DNA of 64,000 nucleotides. Origin: Scyliorhinus canicula. Its lineage: Eukaryota. The position numbers and the translations under genes were made by a program. Under the pieces are notes generated by a model. It was not told the DNA's origin. It saw only the letters and a list, made by a program, of their open reading frames with translations, and made no database searches. The stretch spans positions 232,631,758 to 232,695,757 of the forward strand of contig NC_052147.1 in NCBI RefSeq assembly GCF_902713615.1, in the 5' to 3' direction. Shown piece by piece: positions 52,560-64,000 of the stretch (its first letter is position 1; every line of letters starts with the position of its first letter).

Positions 52560-53404
52560 GCCACGCCGGGCCGGAGAATCGCCGCGACCTCGCCATACCT
52601 CCCCGATGCCGGCGACCGAATCTCCGAGGTGCATAGAATTGGCGCCATTTGAGCTGGCGCAGAGCTGGCCGCGGGCTGCTGGAATCGGTGGGGCCGCCAA
52701 TTCTCCGGCCTGGATAGGCCTAGCGGCCGCGCAGAAATGGCAGAGTCCCGCCACCGTCATTCACCCCTGGTCACTGGCGGCGGGAACTCTGCACGAATGG
52801 TCGGCCTGTGGGGCGGGGAAAAGCGTTCCTTCACCGGGGAGGTGGCCTCCGATGGGATGTGGCCCGCGATCGGGGCTCACCGATCGGCAGGTCGGCCTCT
52901 TCTCCCCCCCGGGCCTACTTTCTTCCGCTTCCGGTCCCAGAACCCCCATGCCATGTTGGGTCAGGGCCGGAGCATTGAAGGAGTCTGCCGCACATGCGCA
53001 GGTTGTTTAGGTAGGGGCTGTTTAGCACAGGGTTAAATCGCTGGCTTTGAAAGCAGGTCAAGCAGGCCAGCAGCACGGTTCGATTCCCATAACAGCCTCC
53101 CCGAACAGGTGCCGGAATGTGGCGACTAGGGGCTTTTCACAGTAACTTCATCTGAAGCCTACTTGTGACAATAAGCGATTTTCATTTCATTTTTCATTCA
53201 GTTTGGCGCAGCCCAACTGCGCATGTACGGGTTGGTGCAGTGCCCTTTTGGCGCCGGGAAGGGAGGCTGAAGCGGCATGAACCGCTCCAGAGCCATGCTG
53301 GCCTCCCCGAATCAGTCATCCCCGTGCCCGTTCTGCGCCGTCGTGAACTGCGACGGTGTTCACGATGTTGCGAACACTTGGTCTCCATTTTGGAAAATCG
53401 CCCC
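52560..53404. mobile_element. Harbinger-type MITE with nested SINE (53015-53195)
   Basis: Right end GGAAAATCGCCCC; GC-rich body continues on both sides of the SINE. Confidence 0.65.
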
Positions 53405-53672
53405 CATTGTGTTATATAAATGTAAGTTTTTTTCTTTACTATCCAGCAGTGTATTTGACTTCTAAAACCATACATTTACAGCAATCTTGTGCATTAATCT
53501 CTGTCTAAATTTTACTATGAGAAGCAGCTAGACGAAGAAACTCAATCATTCATTAAGCAACTTGTGGAGTAGCTTCGGTCCTTCTGAACCGTGAGAAGGC
53601 AGAGGTTATATTCTGATACCATCCTTGAGAATACATGAAGAGCTGGAAAATTAATTATTCCATAACAATTAC

Positions 53673-54360
53673 CATATCCTCTTGTTTCTGTTGAATCATC
53701 CGTGTCTGTATTGCCGTGTTCTGTAGGTTCAATTATTTTGTAGTCAACATTGTGGTGGGCTTCCACAGATTGAGGTACAAAGTCAGCTTCCGGATGCTGA
53801 TGGTCTCCTACATCCTGTTCTAACAGGTCTCCTGTAAGCTCGGTCCCCGAGACATGGCTGGTGTCCTCTTTAAATGTTGTATTTGAGTTGCCAAAATCCA
53901 ACATAAAACTATCCTGCAGAGTTTGCTTTGCAGGCTTTCTCACCTTTTTCAATCGGACAGACTGGTTCACGTTTTTTTCTTTTCTCTGATTTATTTCCAT
54001 CTCTTCTTCCCTATCCTGAGGCACTGTTTGAAATATCTGATTCATGTCCTTGTTGAACTCAAGCAAAGAACCATTTGTACTGCCTTTAATTGGGCCACCG
54101 GTCCCATTTGGGCCATCTGGGTTTGGCTTTTGTGATGATTTATATGTTCTAGCATTTTCTTTATTCCTGTTTTTTTCCTTTTGCTGAATATCATAGCTCA
54201 TACAAACTGAGAAATAAGAGTAATCAACCACACTGTAAGTCAACATAAAGTTGATGCTGACTATTGGGGCAAGAACATTCACTTGGCCAATGAAGATAAA
54301 TGCCATAGTCACAAATCCTACGAGACATATTGCAGCCACCGGGGTTTTGTTTGGCCCTTT
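53673..54360 (-). CDS. SLC12A8: SLC12A8 (cation-chloride cotransporter 9) internal large exon: TM segment plus long hydrophilic loop
   Basis: Acceptor ttttcttcttttcAG, then KGPNKTPVAAICLVGFVTMAFIFIGQVNVLAPIVSINFMLTYSVVDYSYFS, which I recognise as SLC12A8. Donor G|GTAATT at 53672; 688 bp with a phase-1 end that fits the next exon. Confidence 0.93.
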
Positions 54361-54470
54361 CTGAAAAGAAGAAAAAACGCATAATTAAAATAATTAGTTT
54401 CATACATTACAAAGAAAGCAATACCTTGTATATATCATATGTTGTTACCCAATTAATACATGCTCTAAAA

Positions 54471-55212
54471 CAAGCATTTTCAAAGTGGAGGTCGCGACCC
54501 GCGGGTGGATAGCGGGCGATTGCTGGGAGGGTCGCCGAGCCATCCATCGCGGCGTTCCCGATTGCGTGAATTCAGACGCAATGTCTGCAGCGGCCGGCTT
54601 TTAAAATTGCCGGCTCCGAGCGGCTTTAAAAATGATTGCCCCGACCGGCTAAAAAAAATGTGGGCGTACTGGACATGCGTGCCTGCACATCAGCCCAGAG
54701 GGAAACATCACCTCCTCCTGACATCAGCGCACTGAGCCAGGAGAAGATTTTTTTTTAAAATCAATTCTTTCTTCCTGCATTTATCTTAAATATGCTCAAT
54801 GGCTGAGCCTGCAGAACTCTCTTTGATAGTGAATTCTAGAGATTACAAAGATTCACAATACTTTAAGTAATTCCTCCTCATCTATATCTAAAATCGTTGC
54901 ATTGTAATTTGCAGACTATATCCCCAGGCTGCAAATCATCCATCTGAGGAAAACTTACATTCTGCATCTGCTCTGTAGAGTCCTGAGAGAATAATGCCCG
55001 TTTCGATGAGGTCATTTCAACACTACACAACAAAATATATGCCCCGGCTCACCTCCCGCATTAAAGGTAAGAGAAAATGGTGGGTCGCAAAGGTCGGCTG
55101 GCTTGGGTCACCAAGGTCAGCTGGCGTGGGTCGCAAAGGTCGGCCGACATGAGTCCTAAAGGATAGCCGGTTGGTAAAAATGGGTCCCGGGCAAAAAGAT
55201 TGAAAAGTACTG
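54471..55212. mobile_element. Non-autonomous hAT element, older copy
   Basis: 8-bp TSD CTCTAAAA / CTCCAAAA; ends homologous to 61177-61872. Confidence 0.72.
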
Positions 55213-55699
55213 CTCCAAAACATGCTCAAAGGGTATGAAATATAGACAAAGATAATCAATTAATGATGGTGCGATTGATGAAAGTGACATGTGTAAAAAG
55301 CAACTTTGGTTTGGACTGAAGAAAAGTTCAAAGTTTTTTTTTAAATAAAAATTTAGAGTACCCAATTATTTTTTTCTAATTAAAGGGCAATTTCGTGGCC
55401 AATCCACCTAACTTGCACATCTTTGGGTTGTGGGGGCGAAACCCACGCAGACACGGGGAGAATGTGCAAACTCCACACGGACAGTGACCCAGGGCCGGGA
55501 TTCTAACCCGGGTCCTCAGCGCCGCAGTCTCAGTGCTAACCACTGTGCCACATGCCGCATGAAAAGTTCAACGTTAGACTGCTGCCATGGATTATTACAC
55601 CATTGCCTTCAGGAACTGCCCTTAGAAATTTAAATTTACTGCTTAAATCTAAAAGTTGTAGATGATGTGTAGATGAATGTGCTGGATGAATCTTGCTCT

Positions 55700-56272
55700 A
55701 TATTACCTTACAAGACACTAGTTAGCCATCAGCTGGGGTACTGTGCACAGCTTTTACATCACACTTCAGGAAGGATGTGAAGTCACTAGAGCGAGTGCAG
55801 AAGAGGTTTACAAGAATGGCACCAGGGGAGAGAAATTTCAGTTATGAAGACAGATTGGAGAGGTTGGGACTGTTCTCCTTGGAGAGGAGAAAGCTAAGAG
55901 GAGATTTGATAGAGGTGTTGAAAATCATGAGGGGGCTGGACAGAGTAGAGAGGGAGAAACTGTTCCCTCTTGTAAAAGGATCGAGAATGAGACAACACAG
56001 ATTTAAAGCAATTTACAAAAGAAGGCAATGTGATGTCAGAAAAAGCTTTTTCACATGAGTTCTTTGGGTCTGGAATGCACTGCCTGGAAGTGTGAGGGAG
56101 GCAGGTTCAATCAACGCATTCAAGAGGACATTAGATAATTATTTGAATAAAAACAATGTGCAGGGTTACGGGGAAAAGGCAGAAGAATGGCACTAAATTC
56201 TAATGCTCATTTGGAAAGCTGGTTCAGATATGTTGGTCGAACGGCTTTCTTTTGCGCCGTTACAATTCTGCG
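55700..56272 (+). mobile_element. CR1 3' fragment
   Basis: LERVQKRFTRM..SYEDRLERLGLFSLERRKLRGDLIEVLKIM. Confidence 0.88.
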
Positions 56273-57089
56273 ATATTCTTACATCAACTTCATTCAAAAT
56301 AGATCAAAGCTGGAGAAGAACATTGATTTCTTGGAGGTTTGAATCTTGCACAGAAAGATGAAACTGAAGTGCTTATTTGCCAAATGGGAAAGTCCAGCAC
56401 TCACAGGGAGCACTGGTTAGGAAACTGGAGCCTCACAGTCTTGGATTTTCCATTCAATAATTTAAATGGATGAGAAATCAGGAACTCTAAGTCTCTGGTT
56501 TCCTGATGAACAAATGGGAGTACCCAACTAGGGAATTAATCCTGAAGTCCTGAACAATTGTTAAAATTAAAGGATTTTGTTTCACATTTAGACAATAAGG
56601 CAAGATGTTCCAGCTCTGGCATTGGATTTTTTTTCGTTTGGCTCCCAAAGTAAGCACAAGTATCATTAACTGAGTCCAAATACTGTTCAGTTAGTCAATT
56701 GCCACCATTAAATCAATATCAATGCTAAAGCAGTTTCAGATATGCACGAACACTACACTTGTCATGTACACAAATGATCACAGATTCCAAAACCATGGAA
56801 ACAATAACTTCCACATATTCTCCAACACCTTGGTGCTGCAACATTTTTGTTATTGCAGCAACATTGGTGTGAAGAAAAATTGTTTCACAACCTCACAACA
56901 TTTAGAGCATGGCAAGAATATTAGGAATAAAACCAGAGAATTCTGGATAAACTCAACAGGTGTGGCAGCATCTGTGGAGAGTGAAACAGAATAAACATTT
57001 TGGGTGTGATCCTCCGGCCTCGTTGCGCTGTCCCTCAAGCAAAACGAGGACGGAGAATAGCGGGAGAGGCCAAAAATAGAACAACGCCA

Positions 57090-57850
57090 GGCGCCAAACG
57101 GTTTGCGATGCAATCGGCCCATTTCCGTAGACAAATCGCCAGAATGCCACAGGTCCAGGCGGTCATAGGCACCATGAATTTTGTCCTGTGCTTGCCGGGC
57201 AATCTGAGACTGCCCTATGTTAACAGAAAGGGGTTCTACTCCCTGAACATACAGCTCGTATGCAACCACCAGATGAAGATCATGCATGTGTGTGCACGTT
57301 TCCCGGGGAGTGCGCATGACAGCTACATCCTGGGGCAGTCGGTCATCCCCAGCCTCTTCGAGGAGTACCTCAGGATGGGCAGCTGGCTCTTGGGGGATAA
57401 GGAGTACTCACTGAGGACCTGGCTACTGATGCCAGTAGGGAGGCCGGTGGTCCCGAAGCGGAGACCCGGTACAACGAGGCCCATGTGACCATCCGGGCTG
57501 TCATTGAGCGGTGCATCGGACTCCTCAAGATACAGTTCCGATGCCTTGACCACTCCGGAGGTGCACTACAGTACCACCCCCCCAGAGGGTCACCCACTTT
57601 GAGGTGGTCTGTGTGCCTCCACAACCTTGCACAGCAGCGGGGCGCTGTGCTAGAGGTTGGTGATGAGGAGCATGTGGCCACCGAGGAGGAGGAGGACGTG
57701 GACGATGAGGTGCCGCCGGACAACCAGGGACTGGAGGACGAGGCCGGGGAGGAACCCCAGAACCAGCTGGAGGCTGCAGGGAAGGGCGGGGGTCTGGCAG
57801 ACCCGGAGGGCCAGGGAGACCCTCATACCCACCCTCCTCACTTAGGACGT
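57090..57850 (+). pseudogene. PIF/Harbinger transposase remnant (catalytic half)
   Basis: YVNRKGFYSLNIQLVC..HVCARFPGSAHDSYIL..WLLGDKEYSL..; RAVIERCIGLLKIQFRCLD..CLHNLA; frameshifted. Confidence 0.9.
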
Positions 57851-59835
57851 GGCCTGGTCCGTCAACCCCCATCACTCCAGAGTGCTGGGATTGTGTGAGC
57901 ACTGTCAGCGGGTCACTGTCGAGGGCAAGGGGGTGATGATAACCCGCAGAGAACTGAGCGCCGCTACCCCTCGGGTTGGGGGGGGGGGGGGGGGGGGGAT
58001 GCCTGGAGAGATGAGCCAAGGGTTCGGAGGTCAGCCCGCATTGCGGAAGAAAGTGACAGAGTCATCACATTGGCTGTGCACAAGGGTGTTTGATGCGTAA
58101 TACAATTCCCCATTCTCCCAATGGTTCTGCCCCCCCATCCCCCTCACCCCCTACCTACCCCCCCCCCCCCCCTCATCCTCCCCCCTTCCCCCAGTGATCT
58201 TTGATGTGCTTTGCCTTCCTAGCTCTGCCACTATGTCTCGGTGTCTCCCCAGGGTGCATTTCTGAAGTGAAAGCACGCACACCACTCCCACCCTGTCCCG
58301 TGTGCTGGTTGTGAGACGCAACCTCATCAGAGGGGTGGACCCCGGGGGAGCTGGTGGCCACCATCACCACTCCATGGGACGTGTTCGGGTTCCCTCCCCC
58401 CCCCACCTCTCTGCCCATAGGGCCCCAGGGTTCACCTCAGGAGGGAATTGTGATCTGGATCGGGCCCTCGCTAGGCATGATCCAGGTAATGATATTTAAA
58501 TAAGTCACCAGCCGCATCGATAAGGCCTCAACCGGGAACCAATTAATACTGGTCTTCACGTCATGATGGCCACTCATGGATCTCGGAGGACACTGGAGCC
58601 CTCTGAGTGGTTGGGGACAGGGCAGTATGCTGGAACTCCCCCTGGCACCTGGGTAGCCTGGCACTGCCAATTGACAGGCTGGCAGTGCCTGGATGCTAAA
58701 CTGGCATTGCAAAGGGTTGGGACCTGAGGCAGGCCTGCCCATGAAAGGGAGGGTCTAAATGATGGGGGGTAAAGGGGGTGTGAAGGGGCTTCAAAGATTG
58801 GTGGGGTAAAGGAGTACCCTGAAAAGGGGATGCCTGAAAGGGTTCATAATGGGGTATCCTCGCTGGGAGGGGGGGGCAGGAGGGTGTTGTGAAGTTACCC
58901 CCATGTCCATGAAGGGTGGCATCACCCATGGTTGGGGCCTGGGGGATCCTCAAGAACACATGGGGATTGGGGGCTGCATTCTTCGACGCATCGGGAACTC
59001 CGCTACTGGCAGCTGGTAGCGGAGAATCCAGCTTTGGGCATCCTATTAATGGGTCGGGCATCATATTCTTGGGCCCTTATGATTCTCTGGTCCTCTGGGT
59101 CGGGAATCATGTGGGCGAGAATTGGTGCAGGTGGACCTCGCAATATGCCAAGGAGGTACCTCTTTAAGGGAGTTGCCCCCAAAGTCCTTCAGAGGGCCAC
59201 ACTACCCCCCACAATGTAAGACCTATCCACCCACCTCCACCATACCCATCTAACCCCCACCAGACACCCTAATTAAGGAGATCCCCCCACTAGAGACAGC
59301 CTAATTGAAGAGACCTCAAGAGTGACCCCCAAATTAAAGTGACCCCCATCAGAGACCCCTTAATTAAAGAGACCCCCCACCACAGCCCCCAGAAGAGATC
59401 CCTGTCTGGAAGCTAGAAAGCAGTCCAGAAAGAGCCATTGAAAAATAAGCACTGCTTTAAAACTCCCCTGGGCAATACACCTGCTGGCTCAGGCAGAGGA
59501 AGCAGCAGCTGTAAATTCCTGTAAAGAGATAACCAGTCAGCGTACTTTAAACCCCCTCAGAGCTGCAATCTGCAAGCCATTCATCCATTTCTGCATGATA
59601 TTGATTTTATTGGCCTGTGATTGACAGATTCCACATACACCCAGCTGTGAAACCAGCAAAAGGCTTAACTCTCTTTGATGTGGTTCATGAGATGTCAATC
59701 ATTGATCTTTATAAACATTGCCCCCGTTAATCCTGTTTCTCGCCCCAGAAGTGTGCAGCATGGTAACACAGAGGTTAGCACTGTTGCTTCTCAGCTCCAG
59801 GGTCCCAGGTTCGATTCCCGGCTTGGGTCACTGTC

Positions 59836-60158
59836 ATGAGAGCATAAGAACTAGGAGCAGGAGTAGGCCATCTGGACCCTCGAGCCTGCTCCGCCATTCA
59901 ATGAGATCCTGGCTGATCTTTTGTGGACTCAGCTCCACTTTCTGGCCCGAACACCGTAACCCTTAATCCCGTTATTCTTCAAAAAACTATCTATCTTTAT
60001 CTTAAAAACATTTAATGAAGGAGCCTCAACTGCTTCACTGGGCAGGGAATTCCATAGATTCACAACCCATTGGGTGAAGAAGTTCCTCCTCAACTCAGTC
60101 CTAAATCTACTTCCCCTTATTTTGAGGTTATTCCCCCTAGTTCTGCTTTCACCCAGCA
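59836..60158 (-). mobile_element. CR1 3' fragment inserted into a SINE (about 59752-60370)
   Basis: SRTRGNNLKIRG..FRTELRRNFFTQWVVNLWNSLP; flanked by cactgtc / cattgtc; the SINE resumes afterwards. Confidence 0.85.
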
Positions 60159-61176
60159 TTGTCTGTGCGGAATCTGCACGTTCTCCCCGTGTGTGCGTGG
60201 GTTTCCTCTGGGTGCTCCAGTTTCCTCCCATAAGACCCGAACAATGCTGTTCGGTCATTTGGACAATCTAAATTCTCCCTCAGTTTACTCAAAAGATGCC
60301 AGAATGTGGCGACTCAAGGATTTTCACAGTAACTCCATTGCAGTTTTAATGTAAGCAATAAAGATCATTATTATCATTATGCTATTGGCCTGATGCAACA
60401 ATAGTAATCTGGTGCATGCCCTCGCCTGAAGGGGTGGGGGGTTCCTGAATTGGGGTGCGACCTGAATGGGGCTGAGTAAAAGGACAGGGCCTGAAAGGGT
60501 CTCGGAATGAATGGGCAGGGTGTGAAGACTTGGGTGTGAAAGGAAGGGGCATGAAGGGGGCCATTTGGCAACCCCATAACTGGGTGTTACTCACAAGGAG
60601 TGAGGCCACTAGTACCGGTGATTGGGAGCGGGGTGTGAGGGCTGATGTCAGTGGGAAGTGGTAGGGTGTGGAGGGGTTTAATGCCAGTGAGGGGGATTGG
60701 TGGTGGGGGGGCAGTACTGAAGCCCCGACTGGCAATGTTAGGGGAGGCGGGGAGCAGAGGGGGGTGCCTTTACTGACACTTTGAGATTGCGCCACGATCT
60801 CTGTGAAGCCGGGCTTCCAGTGTGTATAGGAACCGCCCCCCCCACCCCACCTCTCAGTGCCGCCGAAAAACTCGCACCCTCCTCCAAAAAAAATTTGAAC
60901 TGTGGGTGGACTGTGACCTAGATCGTGTCCAAACACCTAGCGGCAATCACACCTTATTTCCTGCTGGAGACCACGCTTAGAAATGCTTTGGGAGCAATCT
61001 ACACAATGTATTGTTTTAAAAGTTGTTTTTCGTTATTCAAATTAAAATGACAAAAAGTAGTGCATTCCCAGGCACCACAACATTTCTCAGGCTGTATTAG
61101 TTTAAAATCTATTTGTAAAACCAGTTAATCATGCCTGATAGTATTTTAAACGTGCCTAGTAGTTTATATACTACAG

Positions 61177-61872
61177 CAGTGTTCTTCAAACTTGAGGGCG
61201 GGACCCGCGGTTGGGTCACGGGCGGGTGTCGGGAAGGCCGCGGAGCCGCCCTTCGCGGTGCTCCCGATCGCGCAAATCTCCGCGCAGCTTTTAATAACGC
61301 CGGCTGCAAGCAGCCTTTAAAATGGGCGCGAACATGTAAAAAAAAATTGCCCGCATTGCACATGCGTGCACGATCAGCGCGCCGATGATCGAGCACGCAT
61401 GCGCAGTGCAGCTGCTATTTTTTTTAAACAGTACGGCTTTTTGTTTTACAAGTTCCGGGGGGGGGTTTTATTCATTTATTTTATTTATTTAATTTTTATT
61501 TTTTTCATTTATTTTATTCATTTTATTTTTTTTTAACAAGTTCGGGGAGGGTTTTATTTAATAAAATTTTATGGAAAAAAATGCAGAACTTTGGACAGAT
61601 GGAGATTCCAAACTCCCTGACACTGGAAGGCTTCACCTTCATCCAACAGGTTCCGTTGGAGGAGTGTGTACGAAGGCCAAAGGGACCCAAAACCATTTCC
61701 TCCATTTTTATCAGCAGCAAACAAGGTAATAGAAAATGGTGGGTCTCTCAGGTCGGCCGGCGTGGGTCGCTCAGGTCGGCTGGCGTGGGTCGTAAAGGTC
61801 AGCCGGGTTGGGTCCCGAAGGTTGGCCGGTTGGTAAAAATAGGTCCCCGGAAAAAAAGTTTGAAGAACACTG
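61177..61872. mobile_element. Non-autonomous hAT (Charlie-like) element
   Basis: Perfect 16-bp TIR CAGTGTTCTTCAAACT / AGTTTGAAGAACACTG; perfect 8-bp TSD TACTACAG. Confidence 0.92.
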
Positions 61873-62147
61873 TACTACAGTACACCAGTTGTCATCTTGA
61901 AAGCGAACATTAATTTGAATTTGCTCAATGTGGCTTATCTTTATGACCATATTGTTTTGACATAATAGGGTTCTGATCCTTTTATTGCTTTCATGGTTGT
62001 TGGAAGTCTGCACCATTGAGGTTGATGAGAAACTCTGATATTTAATAATTAACCTGTCGTTGAGTGACAAATCCAAATTATTCAATATTCTGAATTTGAT
62101 ATTCATCATAGAACACTCGCTCCATAATATTAAAAATAGATCTTTTG

Positions 62148-63205
62148 GGGAAATACTCAGAGTTCGGATCTTGTTGGGGTGGAGGTCTCTCCACCCTGTG
62201 CCCTGGTGTGGCGGGGGGATCTGTTGGAGTTTTTAACACTTGAGAAGGTGAAGTTTGAGTTGTGAGGAAGGATGGATGAGTTCTACAATTCATGGGCTTT
62301 ATACATTATGCACTTTCAAGAATTGGCTGACATCGAACATTTGGGGGGGGCCGGAGGGGGTTGGCGGGGAGGGGTTGGACTGCGTATGTTGTTGATGACT
62401 ATGTATGGGGTGGATGGTTGATTCCTGAATCCTTTTCTTTGATGTTTGCATTTAAAATGTTGAGGGTTGTTTGGGGTTTGGTGGAAGGAAGGAATTCTTG
62501 GCCAGGGGATTGTTACCGTTGATTGTTTGTTGGTGAATGTAAATTTGAATTAAAATGTGAAAAAGGAAAATAAATGGGCAAAATTCTCCCCTACCCGGCG
62601 GGGCGGGAGGTCCCAGCGTAGCGGAGTGGCGCCAACCACTCCGCCGTCGGGCCTCCTCAAAGGTGCAGAATTCTCCGCACCTTTAGGGGCTAGGCCCGCG
62701 CCAGAGTGGCTCCCGGTCCGCCGACTGGCGCCAACAGCCTTTGGCGCCACGCCGCCTGGCTGGCCAAAAGGCCTTCGCCGGCCGGCGTGAGTCCGCGCAT
62801 GCGCCGGAGCGTCAGCAGCCGCTGACGTCACCACCGGCGCATGCACGGTGGAGGGGGTCTCTTCCGCCTCCGCCATGGTGGAGGCCGTAGCAGCAGCAGA
62901 AGAAAAAGAGTCCCCCCACGGCACAGGCCCACCCGACGATCGGTGGGCCCCGATCGCAGGCCAGGCCACCGTGGGGGGCACCCACCCGTGGTGCCCCCAG
63001 GACCCCGGGGCCTGCTCGCGCTGCCTGCTCCCGCCGGCACAGAGGTGGCGCAGCGGGGGGCCCGTCAACTGGCAGGGCGTGAATCCCACCCCCGCCGATT
63101 CCCGGGTGGCGGAGAATTCCGGCCACGGGGGGGCGGGATTTACGCCGGGCCCGGGCGATTCCCCGACCCTGCGGGGGGTCGGAGAATTCCGGCCAATATT
63201 TTTTT
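62148..63205 (+). mobile_element. Short 5'-truncated L1/Tx1 3' end with nested MITE
   Basis: Homologous to 13850-14280; flanked by TSD aaaatagatcttttg at a TT/AAAA-like site. Confidence 0.8.
62576..63194. mobile_element. Harbinger-type MITE
   Basis: GGGCAAAATTCTCC / GGAGAATTCCGGCC; TSD AAT. Confidence 0.85.
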
Positions 63206-64000
63206 TAAAAATAGATCTTTTGATGTCAATTATACGTTAAAAAATTCTGTTCTCGGGCAGCACGGTGGCAAACTGGTTAGCACAGCTGCCTCACAGCACT
63301 GAGGTCCCAGGTTCGATCCCGACTCTGGGTCACTGTCCGTGTGGAGTTTGCACAATCTCCCCATATCTGCGTGGGTTTCGCACCCACAACCCAAAAATGT
63401 GCAGAGGAGGTGGATTGGCCACACTAAATTGCCCCTTAATTGGAAAAAATAATTGGGTAATCCAAATTTAGAAAAATAATTCTGTTCTATTTAGCACAAC
63501 TCTTTCTGAGACAAAGAAAATTTAAAAATGATGGCTTAGTATTTTTAAAATAAACCTTCATTAAATACTAGTCAATCACTGATGGCGTGCCACAATGGCT
63601 CCCGGACCAGCCTCCCCGAACAGGCGCCGGAATGTGGCAACTAGGGGCTTTTCACAGTAACTTCATTTGAAGCCTACTTGTGACAATAAGCGATTTTCAT
63701 TTAATTTATTAAGTTAAGACTAAATATAGCTTTAAGGGGTTTGTTTAATAGGATATCATTCGACCAGTACTGTATAAAAAGATGTGGACATATGCATTAT
63801 TTTCCCTTCCCCTCACTCCCCTAACTCAACTTATTTTTTAAATGCAGCTTGGTACAAGGTATTTTCTAGCATATCTCTAGGTTGACTATAACCTGAAACA
63901 TCAAGTTAGCCTTCTGTGGCAGTCTTAGTAATCCAATACTCAGGCCAGGCAGGTTGCATTGCACCTAGGAACTATTGACCAGCTAGTCTTGCCCATTGGC

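Noticed and set aside
53542-53672. ORF-track extension of the SLC12A8 exon (NCYGIINF...)
   Set aside because: It runs past a phase-compatible GT donor at 53672; this is intron read-through.
57000-57898. Functional HARBI1 gene
   Set aside because: Frameshifted, N-terminally truncated and intronic; a transposon relic.
54361-64000. Upstream SLC12A8 exons
   Set aside because: I found no matching coding segment with splice sites by eye; they probably lie beyond the window.

Overview
Eukaryotic, repeat-rich vertebrate DNA, most likely a cartilaginous fish (inferred from HE1-like tRNA SINEs, CR1, Deu-type SINE tails and GC-rich Harbinger MITEs). One host gene is present: the last five coding exons of SLC12A8 on the minus strand (54360 down to the stop at 17866), with GT-AG junctions and consistent phases. 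Upstream exons lie outside the window. The first 12 kb hold two related, slightly decayed Ty3/Gypsy LTR retrotransposons (minus strand, 5-bp TSDs). The main finding is that neither has a tRNA primer-binding site. In each, the 12-13 nt after the 5' LTR are the exact reverse complement of its own LTR poly(A)-signal segment ~50 nt away, although the two sequences differ. This suggests a self-priming and/or poly(A)-occluding fold-back. The second element also records a tandem duplication followed by solo-LTR collapse. The rest is nested L1/Tx1, CR1, RTE, Penelope, SINE, Harbinger and hAT debris. Most short ORFs in the track are spurious.
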